In this document: piece by piece, positions 20,631 through 31,844 of the stretch
Layout of the letters: each line of letters begins with the position of its first letter
How positions within the stretch are numbered: position 1 is the first letter of the stretch
Source of the DNA: an uncultured Planctomycetota bacterium
GTDB taxonomy: Bacteria; Planctomycetota; Planctomycetia; Pirellulales; Lacipirellulaceae
Direction: 5' to 3'
Assembly (NCBI GenBank): GCA_963719315.1
Contig: CAVRBU010000002.1
Coordinates: forward strand, 1,952,001-2,016,000
DNA length: 64,000 bases
Translations under genes and position numbers: made by a program
The notes under the pieces: model-generated
What the model saw: the letters and a program-made list of their open reading frames with translations, nothing else
What the model was told of the DNA's origin: nothing
Databases searched by the model: none

Positions 20631-20840
20631 CGACTTCCATTACGCGAAGCCCTTCGCGCAAAACTCACTGCCGCTCGAGAACCACGAATTTTTTTGCACG
20701 GGGCCGATTTAAAGGCGCCGGGAACCGATTTTTGATTCAAGCCTACTCTCGTCGATCATACTTCGGCCAATTCTCATGTTGTTGTTGTGATTGACGAAAA
20801 GTCAGAATTGCTCGCGGTGTTCTCCGCAAATCGCGGAAAA

Positions 20841-21344
20841 CTATCGAGCAGCGCTACTTCGCTTGCGTGCAAAGAACTCCGATAGAATTCGCCCGCATGG
20901 TTCCGCCAACACGCCGGCTACGACTTCCGCCCGGTGGTTGAGCCGCGGGTCGTCGAGGAGTCGAAACAACGTCGCCGCCGCACCGGCCTTCGGATCGGCA
21001 GTTCCGTAAACCACGCGTGGAATTCGCGCGAGCACGATCGCGCCGGCACACATCGGGCAGGGTTCGAGTGTAACATACAACGTGCAGCCATCGAGTCGCC
21101 AATTGTCCAGTGCCATTGCCGCTTGCGTGATGGCCAGCATTTCGGCGTGAGCCGTGGGGTCGCGGAGTTGCTCGCGCTGATTGTGGGCAGCGCCGATTAC
21201 CCGGTCATCGCCCCCCGCCTGGTCGTGATAGACCACGACGGCCCCGATTGGCACTTCATCCTCGTCGCCGGCCGCCGCCGCTTCCCGAAGCGCTTGCTGC
21301 ATATAAAATTCGTGCGGCAGATCGAATTGCGGTTGCTGAACCAT
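20841..21344 (-). CDS. tadA: tRNA adenosine(34) deaminase
   Basis: 'EVPIGAVVV', 'DPTAHAEM', '[14 protein letters not shown]', 'DPKAGA', 'LNH'. Confidence 0.93.
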   Translation of the reverse strand: MVQQPQFDLPHEFYMQQALREAAAAGDEDEVPIGAVVVYHDQAGGDDRVIGAAHNQREQLRDPTAHAEMLAITQAAMALDNWRLDGCTLYVTLEPCPMCAGAIVLARIPRVVYGTADPKAGAAATLFRLLDDPRLNHRAEVVAGVLAEPCGRILSEFFARKRSSAAR

Positions 21345-21540
21345 AAAAACTGGGTGTCTAGCTGCAGGCCGCTAAAATCGTAAAAGTCGGCAAGTTCGCA
21401 TGCGACTTTTCTGGGCACACGCCGTTGCTCACGGCTTAGCGCGGCCCCGCGACGCCTTGAACATTGACGACTAAGCCCGCCAACGTAGGCTTTAGAAGTC
21501 CTCTCAATGATGCCCTGCCGGCAAAAAGGATGCAAACGCA

Positions 21541-22053
21541 ATGTTGCCACTGAATTCAAGTCGTAATCTGTGCTGCCTGCTGCTCGCCGTGTTTTTGATG
21601 TTCATCGGAGCGTCGTCCACCATCGCAGCCCCGCCTTCGGCCGAGCACCTGCAAGTGTTGGTCAACGAGACATCCGCACAGATCCAACTTGCTTATCGCC
21701 TACACCCGACCGAAGGCCAGCAGCGGCAAGAGCAGTTGAACGCGGCAGTCGCCGCTTGGCGCGCCGCGCCGCATACTGATGCAAACAATGAACAGCTCAC
21801 GACCTGGTTGCACTCGGCGATTCGGGCATCGATGCCGGGCTCGCGCGCGAAGTTGCAACCGATTCCCGCATTCAAATCCAACGACCATTCCGGAAAGCGA
21901 CCACTCGAACCGACGCCCGCCGAAACGCATCCCAGCGCTGTTGTGCCAGTTGACAAGCACGCTGTAGGGCCGACACCGGTAATCGAATCGACCACACCGG
22001 CCGACGAAGAAACTGATCCGTTTCGCGACGATCCGATCGGCGAACAAAAATAA
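21541..22053 (+). CDS. Hypothetical secreted protein
   Basis: Hydrophobic signal-peptide-like N-terminus, Pro-rich tail and terminal 'DPFRDDP' motif. Confidence 0.65.
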   Translation: MLPLNSSRNLCCLLLAVFLMFIGASSTIAAPPSAEHLQVLVNETSAQIQLAYRLHPTEGQQRQEQLNAAVAAWRAAPHTDANNEQLTTWLHSAIRASMPGSRAKLQPIPAFKSNDHSGKRPLEPTPAETHPSAVVPVDKHAVGPTPVIESTTPADEETDPFRDDPIGEQK

Positions 22054-22072
22054 CGACGATAGGCGCCTCCCG

Positions 22073-22399
22073 TTATTTGCCGCCCTTACCGCCCTTCGCG
22101 CCACTCTTGGCGCCGCCACCGGCCGGAGCCTTCGCGCCAGCCGGAGCTTTGCCGCTGGCAGCGGCGGCCGATGCGGCCGCATTGCCGGCGGTTCCTTCGG
22201 CACCCTCTTCCTCTTCCTTTTTCTTTTTCTTTTTCTTCATTGCCAGCTTGCGCACGCGAACTTTCGGCAACCCGAGTGGGGAATCGCCCTCCTGCCAGCG
22301 GTCGGCTTCCGTCAATCGGGCTATCCGCTCCACCCGCGTCAACACGCTGCGGCTGCGCGTCGCCCCGCGCCTAACTTTCAAACTCTTGTCGATCGTCAT
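22073..22399 (-). CDS. PVC-superphylum small basic protein
   Basis: 'MTIDKSLK...RSVLTRVERI..L....RW.EGDSPLGLPKVRV' followed by a poly-Lys/poly-Glu tail. AGGA-like SD region upstream. Confidence 0.85.
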   Translation of the reverse strand: MTIDKSLKVRRGATRSRSVLTRVERIARLTEADRWQEGDSPLGLPKVRVRKLAMKKKKKKKEEEEGAEGTAGNAAASAAAASGKAPAGAKAPAGGGAKSGAKGGKGGK

Positions 22400-22632
22400 G
22401 CGGATATCTCCCAACAGGAAGGCGTATGTTGAATTTGACCCATCAATATACGACGCCTCGACCCCCATCCTCAAGCCGAAATATGAGATCTCTTGGACGT
22501 TTCGACGTTGAGCTGCAACGCGCCAGCGGAGCGCGAACCCGCCCACAGGCTGAAAAACCGCCCCCATTCCACTACACTAAGTAGGCCCTCCGCCACTGTG
22601 CGCCTAATGCTCACAAACTGGAAGTTCCCGAA

Positions 22633-23583
22633 ATGCACGAAATCAACCGCCGCCGCTTTATCGGTGCCACCGCCGGCGCCGCTGCGTTCGGCGCGTCGAG
22701 CGCTTTGCGGGCCGCCGCGCCGGGAAAGATTCTGGCGAACCCCCACCCCGCGTCCGATCATCCACCCGCGCCGCCGATAATCGCGCTCGGAAAAACCAAG
22801 ATCGAGATGTCGCGGCTGGGACAGGGCACGGGCGTCCTCGGCGGAAATCGCCAGTCCAATCCGATGCACATGGGTACGATCAATCCCGTCGATCTCATGC
22901 GGCATGCCTACGATCGTAGTCTGCGGTTTTTCGACCTGGCCGATTTGTATGGCACGCATTTGTACTTCCGCGAAGCGCTCCGCAGCATGGATCGCAACAA
23001 CCTCGCGATTCTCACCAAAATGTGGTGGCGGTACGACGGGCCGGAGGATCAAACGAGTTTGCCGGAACGGCGGAGAATTGCGCGAACCACGCTCGAACGA
23101 TTTCGCCGCGAGCTGGCGACGGAGTACCTCGACATCGTTCTGCTACATTGCCTGACAAAACCCGATTGGGATCAGAAGATGGGCCCCTACATGGACGTGC
23201 TCGAAGAAGAGAAGGCCCGCGGGCGCATTCGGGCCGTAGGGTGTTCGTGCCTTGATCTGCGGGCTTTGCAGACGGCAGCGAACTCACCCTGGGTCGATGT
23301 GATTCTGGCTCGCATCAACGTGCAAGGCGGCAAGGAAGCTAGGATGGACGGTTCACGCGACGAAGTGGAAGCGGTACTGCGTACCGCCCGAAAAAACGGC
23401 AAGGCGATCATCGGCATGAAGATTCTCGGCGAAGGCCGACTGGCCGGCCAATGCGACGCCTGTATCAAGTACGCTCAAGAACTCGGCCTATTGGACGCGA
23501 TGACAATCGGCTTCCATAAGCCAGATCAAATGGATGATGTCCTGCACCTGATGCATAAGTACCCAGCGAAGCCTCTGGCATAG
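22633..23583 (+). CDS. Aldo/keto reductase with twin-arginine signal
   Basis: 'INRRRFIG' signal, 'LGKTKIEMSRLGQGT', 'FFDLADLYG', 'LTK', 'DIVLLH'. Confidence 0.88.
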   Translation: MHEINRRRFIGATAGAAAFGASSALRAAAPGKILANPHPASDHPPAPPIIALGKTKIEMSRLGQGTGVLGGNRQSNPMHMGTINPVDLMRHAYDRSLRFFDLADLYGTHLYFREALRSMDRNNLAILTKMWWRYDGPEDQTSLPERRRIARTTLERFRRELATEYLDIVLLHCLTKPDWDQKMGPYMDVLEEEKARGRIRAVGCSCLDLRALQTAANSPWVDVILARINVQGGKEARMDGSRDEVEAVLRTARKNGKAIIGMKILGEGRLAGQCDACIKYAQELGLLDAMTIGFHKPDQMDDVLHLMHKYPAKPLA

Positions 23584-23611
23584 CTCTGGCAAACGACGAA
23601 CGAGACCTACT

Positions 23612-24632
23612 TTGCTTCGCTGGCGACTTATTCTTGGAACGCTGTTCATCGTGGCGCTGGTCGCGTTGTGCTGCCTCGATTATCGCGCCGCGTGGCCGGG
23701 CATTTATCTGTTGCCGATTGCTGTGGCGCTCAGTTTGCTGGGCGCGGGCGAACTCTTAGCGATGTTCCGGAAACGCGGGCATCAGCCGTTGGCATGGGTT
23801 ATTTACGGCGGAACAGCCGTGGCTGTGTTGTTGGCAGCGGCCCCAGGTTATTTGCCGATCGATTGGAGCGACTTGCCGACCGGCCGGCTCGGCTGGCTGG
23901 CGATCGGCTTGGCCGCCGGGTTGTTGATTGCCATGATCGGCGAACTCCGACGCTTCGATTCACCAGGGAGAGCGACAACGCAAATGGCACTCTCTAGCTT
24001 CGCCATCGTGTACATTGGCGGCTTGATGGGCTTTCTCATTCAATTGCGTTTGCTAGGCGGCGGCGCGTGGGGCGACGACGGCCATTGGGGCATGCTCGCG
24101 CTCGTGTCGCTCATCGCCACGGTGAAGATGAGCGACACCGGCCAATACACGGCCGGCCGATTATTCGGGACGTCACAAGCTCTCGCCGGTTGTGAGCCCG
24201 GGCAAGACTTGGGAAGGCGCAGCCGGCGGCTTTGTATTTGCGCTTATCGCTGGTTGGATCGTGTTCGGCTGGGCGGCCCGTCATCTTGTCGGCCCGGTGA
24301 CAGGGATCGCGTCCTCTACCGCGGTCAATGTAGTCTTACGAATGGTCGTGTTCGCCGCCGGGTTGACGGCGGCCGGCATCCTCGGCGACTTGGCCGAATC
24401 GCTGCTCAAGCGCGACGCAGGCGTGAAAGATTCCAGTTCCTGGCTGCCGGGCTTTGGCGGCGTGCTGGACTTGTTGGACTCACTCCTAGGGGCGGCACCA
24501 GTGGCTTATGCTTTTTGGGCCCTGGGGTTGGTTGGACCTCTTCCCTCACTCTCCGACTGGTGCGCCGATGACGCGAACAACCAGCAACTCCAAGATTATT
24601 GCGAGTGTATTCGGTTCCGGAATTGTTATTAG
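23612..24632 (+). CDS. cdsA: Phosphatidate cytidylyltransferase, frameshifted at about 24168; exact 3' end uncertain
   Basis: 'KMSDTGQYTAGRLFG' in one frame, then 'HKL..VSPGKTWEG...GDLAESLLKRDAGVKDS...PGFGGVLDLLDS' in the next. Removing one G from GGG at 24167-24169 restores the frame. Confidence 0.9.
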
Positions 24633-25376
24633 CCCATATTGCACGTGATCGATCTGCATGTAAGACATTAATTCTGATTCGCCACGGTAGTTTGCAAAAA
24701 CAGACACGTGGGTGATTTCCTGGGTCGCGACCGCCCCGAGAAAAATGTCGTTGGTGGATTGGCCGTTCCGCTCGGCGCTCACATCCGGCCGAATCAGGTA
24801 GTCGGACTTCACTCCATTCAACTCCATGATCTGAAAATGAAGTGCAAGATGATTCCCAATTTCGAGGCCTGCTGGTCCGTCGGTCCACACGAAGCCAAAT
24901 GCGTTTGGAGCATAGCCAAGTTCCGTCGTGTTGAACTCGAATTCAACTAATATCTGGTTGAGTTGTGGGATATCAGGGCTGACAAAAAAAGTTTGCTGTT
25001 GAAACGAATGACCAGCAGTTCCGGAACCGTCGACGACACCATCATCCGCATCGACCGAACTAGTATTCTCGCTGGGACCCCTGACCGTGCCATGAAATGC
25101 AGTACCGAACAATGGATGCAGCGGTTGAAAAATCCCCGGCGTGTTCAGTTCCCCGTCTTCAAAGTCCTCCAGGTAGAAATTTGGATTGCTGCCATCAACC
25201 GGAAAGGGACTGTCCGCTGCCGAGAAATACGGCGTCGGGCCGAGGAACGTGAACGCGGCGCGGCACGTGTTGGCTTGCACATAGAATGTTGCCAAAGAGC
25301 CTATCACGACGAGGGCGGAGTAGCGATTGATTAGCATAGCAACCATCTCAAGGAGGTCTCTTTCAATCCAAATCAC
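24546..25376 (-). CDS. PEP-CTERM-type secreted protein
   Basis: Signal-like N-terminus and C-terminal 'IPEPNTLAII'. A basic tail 'HRRTSRR' appears in a shifted frame. Confidence 0.7.
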   Translation of the reverse strand: MIWIERDLLEMVAMLINRYSALVVIGSLATFYVQANTCRAAFTFLGPTPYFSAADSPFPVDGSNPNFYLEDFEDGELNTPGIFQPLHPLFGTAFHGTVRGPSENTSSVDADDGVVDGSGTAGHSFQQQTFFVSPDIPQLNQILVEFEFNTTELGYAPNAFGFVWTDGPAGLEIGNHLALHFQIMELNGVKSDYLIRPDVSAERNGQSTNDIFLGAVATQEITHVSVFANYRGESELMSYMQIDHVQYGLITIPEPNTLAIILELLVVRVIGAPVGE

Positions 25377-26047
25377 TCTCCCGCCTCATGCCTTATACTT
25401 AACCGAGTGCCATTCGTTCCCGACACCTTTTCTGCCCTCCGTCGGTGCCGAAACCCCAGACAGATCAGAATGACAAGCAGGGAATTGGAGATACTCAGGG
25501 GCTCAGGTACTTCTTGGATGAAGTCGTCAACTATAATGCTTCGTTCATTGTTAATCATGTCCACGACGCGGATCCGGCCAATTGTCCCCGCGTCTGCCTG
25601 CCACGCTGCGAAATGATTGTCCTTTCCGTTGCCTACAAGGCTGAGTGTGCCGAGGAGATTATCACCAGGTCCGTAAAACTGTACGTCTGCCGCCCAGGGA
25701 AATTCAAAGCCCACATACATCCCAGCTTTTAGCGTCGGCTGGCCCAAAACAATATCGAGGAATCCAATTAGGGCGTTACTTCTTTGTGCATCGTTTGCGA
25801 TCGCAACCCCCGATCGCCCAATCACTGGGCCGAGCTTCGAACTCGATATCAAGGTATGATCATCCGCGTCGTATGTATCATTGCCAATCACCAAGGGAGT
25901 CGTATATTGCGAACTCGCCGACCCCAAGGACTCAAAGTTTTGAATCGTCGCGGCCGGCATGAAGGCGCTCAAATCGATCTGCCCGGCTTTGGCAGAAGCC
26001 GGAATTGAGACCAAAAAAAGTAGGGCGAAGCCGGCCGCTAACCGCAT
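25373..26047 (-). CDS. PEP-CTERM-type secreted protein
   Basis: Signal peptide 'MRLAAGFALLFLVSIPASAKA' and C-terminal 'VPEP' + hydrophobic stretch + 'RHRRR'. Confidence 0.8.
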   Translation of the reverse strand: MRLAAGFALLFLVSIPASAKAGQIDLSAFMPAATIQNFESLGSASSQYTTPLVIGNDTYDADDHTLISSSKLGPVIGRSGVAIANDAQRSNALIGFLDIVLGQPTLKAGMYVGFEFPWAADVQFYGPGDNLLGTLSLVGNGKDNHFAAWQADAGTIGRIRVVDMINNERSIIVDDFIQEVPEPLSISNSLLVILICLGFRHRRRAEKVSGTNGTRLSIRHEAGE

Positions 26048-26570
26048 CGTCGTGTCATATCATGAGCAACCCTTTTGCCGATCCGGCGAAAGAAAACGAG
26101 CGCAAAAACACCAGGGCTGCCAACATAAACGCGACCATTGAAATACGTTGCAAGAACATGGAACGCTGCTCTGGAATGAATACTTCATCAGAGGGGCTCC
26201 GATTTACAAGTGCCTTTGATACACTCTTCGCCATTTACTCGCCATTTTTCAGCAGGGCATGTCACCCCAAAGTGCGATCGCCAACCAATTTCGGTTATAT
26301 CTCGAAAAAATGCCGGAACCAGCGCTCCGGCAATTCTCCCTGAAGCGGCCAGCGGCGAATTGGCCACTGGCGTTACAGCACGTATAATTGGAATTGAAGT
26401 CGCAATCGCTTGCCGGCCAATGGGTTGCGGCGCGACTTACGGCATTTGCTAGTGCGGAATTTCAGCAATTGGGTATAGTTGTAGGTGACTCAATAACCAA
26501 GGAAATATAGCGGCGGCCGAACGGCGCCCGGCAAAAACCGGACGCCGGTGCAAGCCGCCGCGACTCTTTA

Positions 26571-27521
26571 ATGATCGAAGCGACAATTCCGGTCGGCAGT
26601 GCGGACGAGTTGGTCATGCTGCTGGGAGCGAGCGACCAACACCTGCGACGCATTCGCGATTCGGTGCCGGCCAAAATCTCTGCCCGCGACGGAAAAATCC
26701 ACGTCAGCGGCGATGAGCAGGCCGTCCTCCAGGCCACCGAGATAATCGAGCAGATCAAGAACGCTGTAGTACGCGACGGCCACCTGTTGCCCGATCAGGT
26801 TTCCCACATCATCAAGCAGGTGACGGGCGGCCCGGCAACCAATGGCCGCCAGGCGCCGGTCGATGTCAAGCAAGCCGGACGCATCATTCGCCCCCGAACG
26901 CCGGGGCAGGCCGAGTATGTCGATGCGATCCGCACGCACGACCTTGTGTTCTGCAACGGACCAGCCGGCACCGGGAAGACCTACCTTGCCGTGGCCACCG
27001 CGGTCGAATCGCTCAAACAGAAACAAATCGGCAAGATCGTGCTCGTTCGGCCGGCGGTCGAGGCTGGCGAAAACCTTGGCTTCCTGCCGGGCGACATGCA
27101 GGCCAAGATCAATCCCTACTTGCGTCCGCTGCTCGATGCGCTCCGCGAGATGATGGACTACGAACAAGTCAAGCGATACATGATCGATGACGTGATCGAA
27201 GTAGTGCCGCTCGCTTACATGCGCGGCCGCACGCTCAACAATGCGTTTATCATCATGGATGAGGCACAGAACACGACCGTGCCGCAGATGAAGATGTTCC
27301 TCACGCGGATGGGGTTGCAGTCGAAGGTCGTGGTCTCTGGCGACACATCGCAAGTCGACCTTCCGCCCCATACTAAAAGTGGATTGATTGACGCCCTCGG
27401 TCGGCTGAAGCATATCGAGGGCTTTGCAAGCGTGACGCTGAATCGCGAGGACATCGTGCGACACCGGCTCGTGCAGGAGATCGTTCTCGCGTACGAGGAG
27501 GATCCGAAGAAGAAGCGCTAG
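26571..27521 (+). CDS. phoH: PhoH family ATPase
   Basis: 'GPAGTGKTYLA', 'RPAVEAGENLGFLPGD', 'YMRGRTL', 'DEAQN', 'DIVRH'. Confidence 0.95.
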   Translation: MIEATIPVGSADELVMLLGASDQHLRRIRDSVPAKISARDGKIHVSGDEQAVLQATEIIEQIKNAVVRDGHLLPDQVSHIIKQVTGGPATNGRQAPVDVKQAGRIIRPRTPGQAEYVDAIRTHDLVFCNGPAGTGKTYLAVATAVESLKQKQIGKIVLVRPAVEAGENLGFLPGDMQAKINPYLRPLLDALREMMDYEQVKRYMIDDVIEVVPLAYMRGRTLNNAFIIMDEAQNTTVPQMKMFLTRMGLQSKVVVSGDTSQVDLPPHTKSGLIDALGRLKHIEGFASVTLNREDIVRHRLVQEIVLAYEEDPKKKR

Positions 27522-27551
27522 GCGGTAAGCGAAGCGTTTTCAGGAATCACC

Positions 27552-29829
27552 ATGAGCACTGGCAGCAAAAAGAAGCGGCGCATCGATCGCGTCACCTCGG
27601 TCGAATTGCCGCCCGGCGTGTTGGGCAATCTGGCGGCCCATTTGCGCCGCGGTCACGTGCTCGTGCGGCTGGCGATGCTGCGCCGTTACGGCGGTGCTGC
27701 TGTGGTCGATCACGCGGGGCTGGGCGCCGCCGATGCCCTATCATTGGGGCGATGTGCCAAAGCGCGATATTGTCGCCCGCACCGAATTCGATCGGGAGGA
27801 CGAGCGCAAAACCGACGATGCCCGCAAAGAGGCGCGGCGGCTGGCCATTGCCACTTACGATCACGATCCGGTCCAGCTTGAACAGCTTCGCGCAAAAGTA
27901 GAGAACGACGTTACCGCGATCGCGGCTGCCAAATCGTTAGCCGATGTCAGCAAAGTCTGGGATAAGTTCAAACTGCCGTTAGCCGAGGGAACTCCTCAGC
28001 CAACCGATGCGGAGCGCGAGCAACAATTCCAGAAATTTCACGATGCGCTTTCCGCCGACGGGGCGATGGCCAAATTCAAGTCGGCGCTCAATGAAGTATT
28101 TGCCCCGATCATCGACAAGGGGCTTATTAACAAACTTCCGCCCGAACACGACGCCAACGCGGAAACCGTTTCTATTCATCCTGTAGGTACTGGCGCCGGG
28201 TTCCCGCGCAATGTGCCCGTCAGCGAAGTGCTCACGGAAAACGTGGCTTCGGCATTGCAAAAATCCTTGCAGGCGAAAATGCCATCGCCGGAAATCGCCG
28301 ATCGCGTGTTTGCCAGATTGAAGTCGGAATTGCCTACGACGCTCACTTTGAACCTCGATCTCACGCGAGCGGAACAGAAAAAAAAGGCTGACGAAGTCCC
28401 GCCGCAAAAGGAGGAGTTCCCGGTCGGTACCGTGTTGGCGCACGCGCAGGATGAGCACGGAGTGCCGCAGCCGCTGGACGAAGCGGCCCTCAAGAAACTT
28501 CAAGAAGAATACGACAAAGAACTTCAGCAACGTCCCTTTTCAGCGAACATGACCCATTCGCTGGCCGTTTTCGGCATGTATGTCGCTTTATTCGTGCTCT
28601 GTGGATTTTATATTCAACATCGCGATCCGCGCATCATCGATGACCTAGGCCGCCTCACGACTCTCCTGGCGCTTGTGGTGGTGACGGTTACGCTAATAGT
28701 CGTCACCAGCAACGATTGGCGGGCCGAAACTATTCCGCTAATGCTTTTTGGAATGACCGTGGCCATTGCGTATGAGCAAGAAATCGCCCTGCTTCTCTCG
28801 GCAGCCATCACGCTCACTAGCGTCGTGGCATTAGGGCACGGACTGGCCGACGCCATCGTGCTGCTGGCCGCGACGGCCGGGGCGATTCTATTGCTGGGTC
28901 GCGTGCGGAGCCGCAGCAAGCTGCTGTCTGTCGGCTTTATATCCGCAGTTGTGGCTGCGCTCACGACGATCGGCGTCGGTACGCTGGAAGGCGATCCGAT
29001 CATGGGGACCCTGAAAACGGCTGCGCTGCTATCGTTGTGGGCGGTGATTGCCGGATCGTTGATGACGTGCTTGTTGCCGATGGTCGAAAAACTATTCAAC
29101 GTTCAGACCGACTTGAGTTTGATCGAGCTAGGCGACCCGGCCCATCCGCTGCTCCAAGAACTGATTCGCCGCGCGCCGGGAACCTACAACCATTCAATCA
29201 CGGTCGCTTCGCTGGCTGAAGCGGCGGCCGAGTCCATCGGCTCACGCGGGCTGCTAGTGCGTGTCGGTGCATATTTTCACGATATCGGAAAGATGCTCAA
29301 ACCGGGATACTTCGTCGAGAATCAGGGCCAAGGCGATAACCGCCATCGGTCGCTCGTCCCCGCCATGAGCACCCTCGTAATCATCGCCCACGTCAAGGAC
29401 GGGGCGGACCTTGCGCGGCAGTCGAAAATTCCCGAACCCATCATCGACTTCATTCAGCAACACCACGGCACGACGCTTGTTGAATACTTCTATCGCCAGG
29501 CGAGCGAAAGCAAGAAAACCGATCCTAACGGAAAGGAAGTGGATGAAAGCTCGTTCCGCTATCCCGGGCCTAAGCCACAAACGAAGGAAGCCGGCATTTT
29601 GATGCTGGCCGACGCCGTCGAAAGCGCCAGCCGCGTTTTGGTCGAGCCAACGCCGGCCCGGATCGAAAGTCTGGTCGACGAAATCAGCCGCAAACGACTC
29701 CTCGACGGCCAGTTCGATGAATGTGGCCTGACGCTCGAAGAAGTCCGCAGAATCGGCGACAGCCTCGTTAAATCGTTGACGGCCGTATATCACGGCCGCG
29801 TAAAATATCCGGATCAAGAAACGGCGTAG
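27552..29829 (+). CDS. 7TM-HD family phosphohydrolase (PgpH-like), frameshifted at about 27678
   Basis: Extracytoplasmic domain, several TM helices, then 'APGTYNHS', 'FHDIGK', 'HHGT', 'FRYPGPKP', 'LADAVE'. The N-terminus from ATG 27552 is in another frame. Confidence 0.9.
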
Positions 29830-29863
29830 GTAAATGCGCGACTGGACCATTGAAGACATTTAA

Positions 29864-29918
29864 CGCACAGGCGCAGCGGACGCCGCGATCTCTTCTCCGC
29901 GACCTCTGCGCCACTGCG
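29864..29918. repeat. Short imperfect inverted repeat (CGCAGAG-type)
   Basis: CGCACAGGCGCAGCGGACGCCGCGA ... TCTCCGCGACCTCTGCGCCACTGCG. Confidence 0.55.
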
Positions 29919-29996
29919 AAAGACACCTGGCTTTGAGTTAAGGTAATTGAGCTGTTAAGAATTCAACCCAATCTGGCACCTTTACACGACGCGGTT

Positions 29997-30539
29997 ATGT
30001 TGGACGAAGAACCTACTGCTGCCGCCAATCCCGACCCGTTCGAAGTTTTACTTTCGAACGGACAGTCTCGCCACGACGTCGACGGCGAACAGTTGATTGC
30101 CGCTGCGCGTGCCGTACTGATGGAATCCGACTTCTCATCGGCCATGATCAGTTTGGCCGTGGTCGACGATCAGGCAATGCACGATTTGAATCTGCGGTTT
30201 CTCAACCACGATTATCCCACGGACGTTCTGAGCTTCGCGCTGCAAGCCGATGGAACCCATCTTGAAGGCGAAGTGATTATCAGCGCGGATACGGCCGCCG
30301 CCACGGCCGCCGAGCTGGGTTGCACCGCGGCCGCCGAGCAATTGCTATATATCATCCATGGAGTGTTACATCTCGTCGGATTTAGCGATAAAACGCCCGC
30401 CGAAGCCCTGAAAATGCGTATCGCCGAAGCCAGGTTCCTGGGCCAGTTCGGATGGGACACGGCGTTTCGAAATTCTTGCGATGACGATCATGTGGGCGCC
30501 GCTGAAACTCGCAAATTGCCCGACGGAGCGGCGCCGTGA
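29997..30539 (+). CDS. ybeY: rRNA maturation endoribonuclease YbeY
   Basis: 'LN..F..HDYPTDVLSF', 'GEVIIS', 'IIHGVLHLVGF'. Confidence 0.92.
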   Translation: MLDEEPTAAANPDPFEVLLSNGQSRHDVDGEQLIAAARAVLMESDFSSAMISLAVVDDQAMHDLNLRFLNHDYPTDVLSFALQADGTHLEGEVIISADTAAATAAELGCTAAAEQLLYIIHGVLHLVGFSDKTPAEALKMRIAEARFLGQFGWDTAFRNSCDDDHVGAAETRKLPDGAAP

Positions 30540-31834
30540 TTGCGAACGCTTATTTCTGGCTCTCGCTCGCTGGCTTCGCGGCGGCTTGCTTCACGGCGAT
30601 TGCCGCGCGCTCACTGCATTCGTTTTCGCGCCGCGAGTTGGAGGAAGTCTGCCAAAGCCGCCAAGCGCCGGAACGCTTCGCCGATATCATTCGCGGACAC
30701 GAACGCGTTGCGCTGGGCGTCGAAATGCTGGTGATGGTACTCGCCGCTCTGGCAGTCTGTGCCGGTACGTTGTCCGTTTGGCAATCGTTCGCGGACACTG
30801 CTTCGCGGCCGTGGCTTGCATTCATCATCGCTGCAATAGTTGTAGGACTAATTGCGGCCATCGCAACGGTCTGGCTCCCTTGGTCGATCGCCCGGCTTGG
30901 CTCGGCTCGATTCCTGTTCGTAACCTGGCCGATCTGGAGTTTTGTGGGAACGCTGGCCGGGCCGCTGATGTGGGCTGCCGGTGTTGTGGATACCGTGCTA
31001 CATCGCGTAACCGGTCGCGAGCCGCAGGAGGCGAACGAGGATTCTTTCGAAGAAGAAATCCGGACGATTGTCAACGAGGGACACCGCGAAGGCCTGCTGG
31101 AAGAAGAGGCCCGCGAAATGATCGAAGGGGTCATGGAACTGGGCGACGCCGTGGTGTCGCACATCATGACGCCGCGGACCGATATTCACATGATCCAGGT
31201 CGATACGCCGTGGGACGAGGTCGTCGAGAGCGTCATCGATTCGGGACACACCCGCGTGCCCGTATATGGCAATTCGCGCGATGAGATCGTCGGCATTTTA
31301 TACAGCAAGGACTTGCTGCCCGAGTTGGCGAAGTCGCCCGACCAATCGCCACGGCCGCTCGCCGCTTTGTTGAGAAAGCCGCTATTTGTGCCGGAAACCA
31401 AGCCGGTGGACGATCTGCTCACTTTCTTCCAAAAGAGCCGCACCCACATCGCCGTGGTGCTCGACGAATTCGCCGGCGTGGCCGGTCTGGTGACGATCGA
31501 GGACGTGCTCGAAGAAATCGTGGGCGAAATCGATGACGAGTACGACCAGAAGTCGGAAGCCCAAATCCGAAAAATCGACGACGATGTCTGCGAAGCGCTC
31601 GGCCGGGCGCACGTCGATGAGATCAACGCCACGATGGGCTACGACCTGCCCGAGACCGAGGACTTCGACACCATCGGTGGTTTTGTGTTCGCCGAATTTG
31701 GCCGTGTGCCCGCCGTCGGCGAGTCGATTACCTGGCAGGATTCGGTCCGGGTTCTGGTGCTGGAAGCGTCGCGACGCCGCGTGAATCGCGTGCGGCTCGA
31801 GCGGGTCCGCAAGGAATCGCTCGAAACGGTGTGA
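30536..31834 (+). CDS. Hemolysin/CNNM family protein (DUF21 + CBS pair + CorC/HlyC)
   Basis: N-terminal TMs, 'IMTPR', 'HTRVPVY', '[30 protein letters not shown]', 'FDTIGG'. Confidence 0.92.
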   Translation: [432 protein letters not shown]

Positions 31835-31844
31835 CGGGCGCCGT

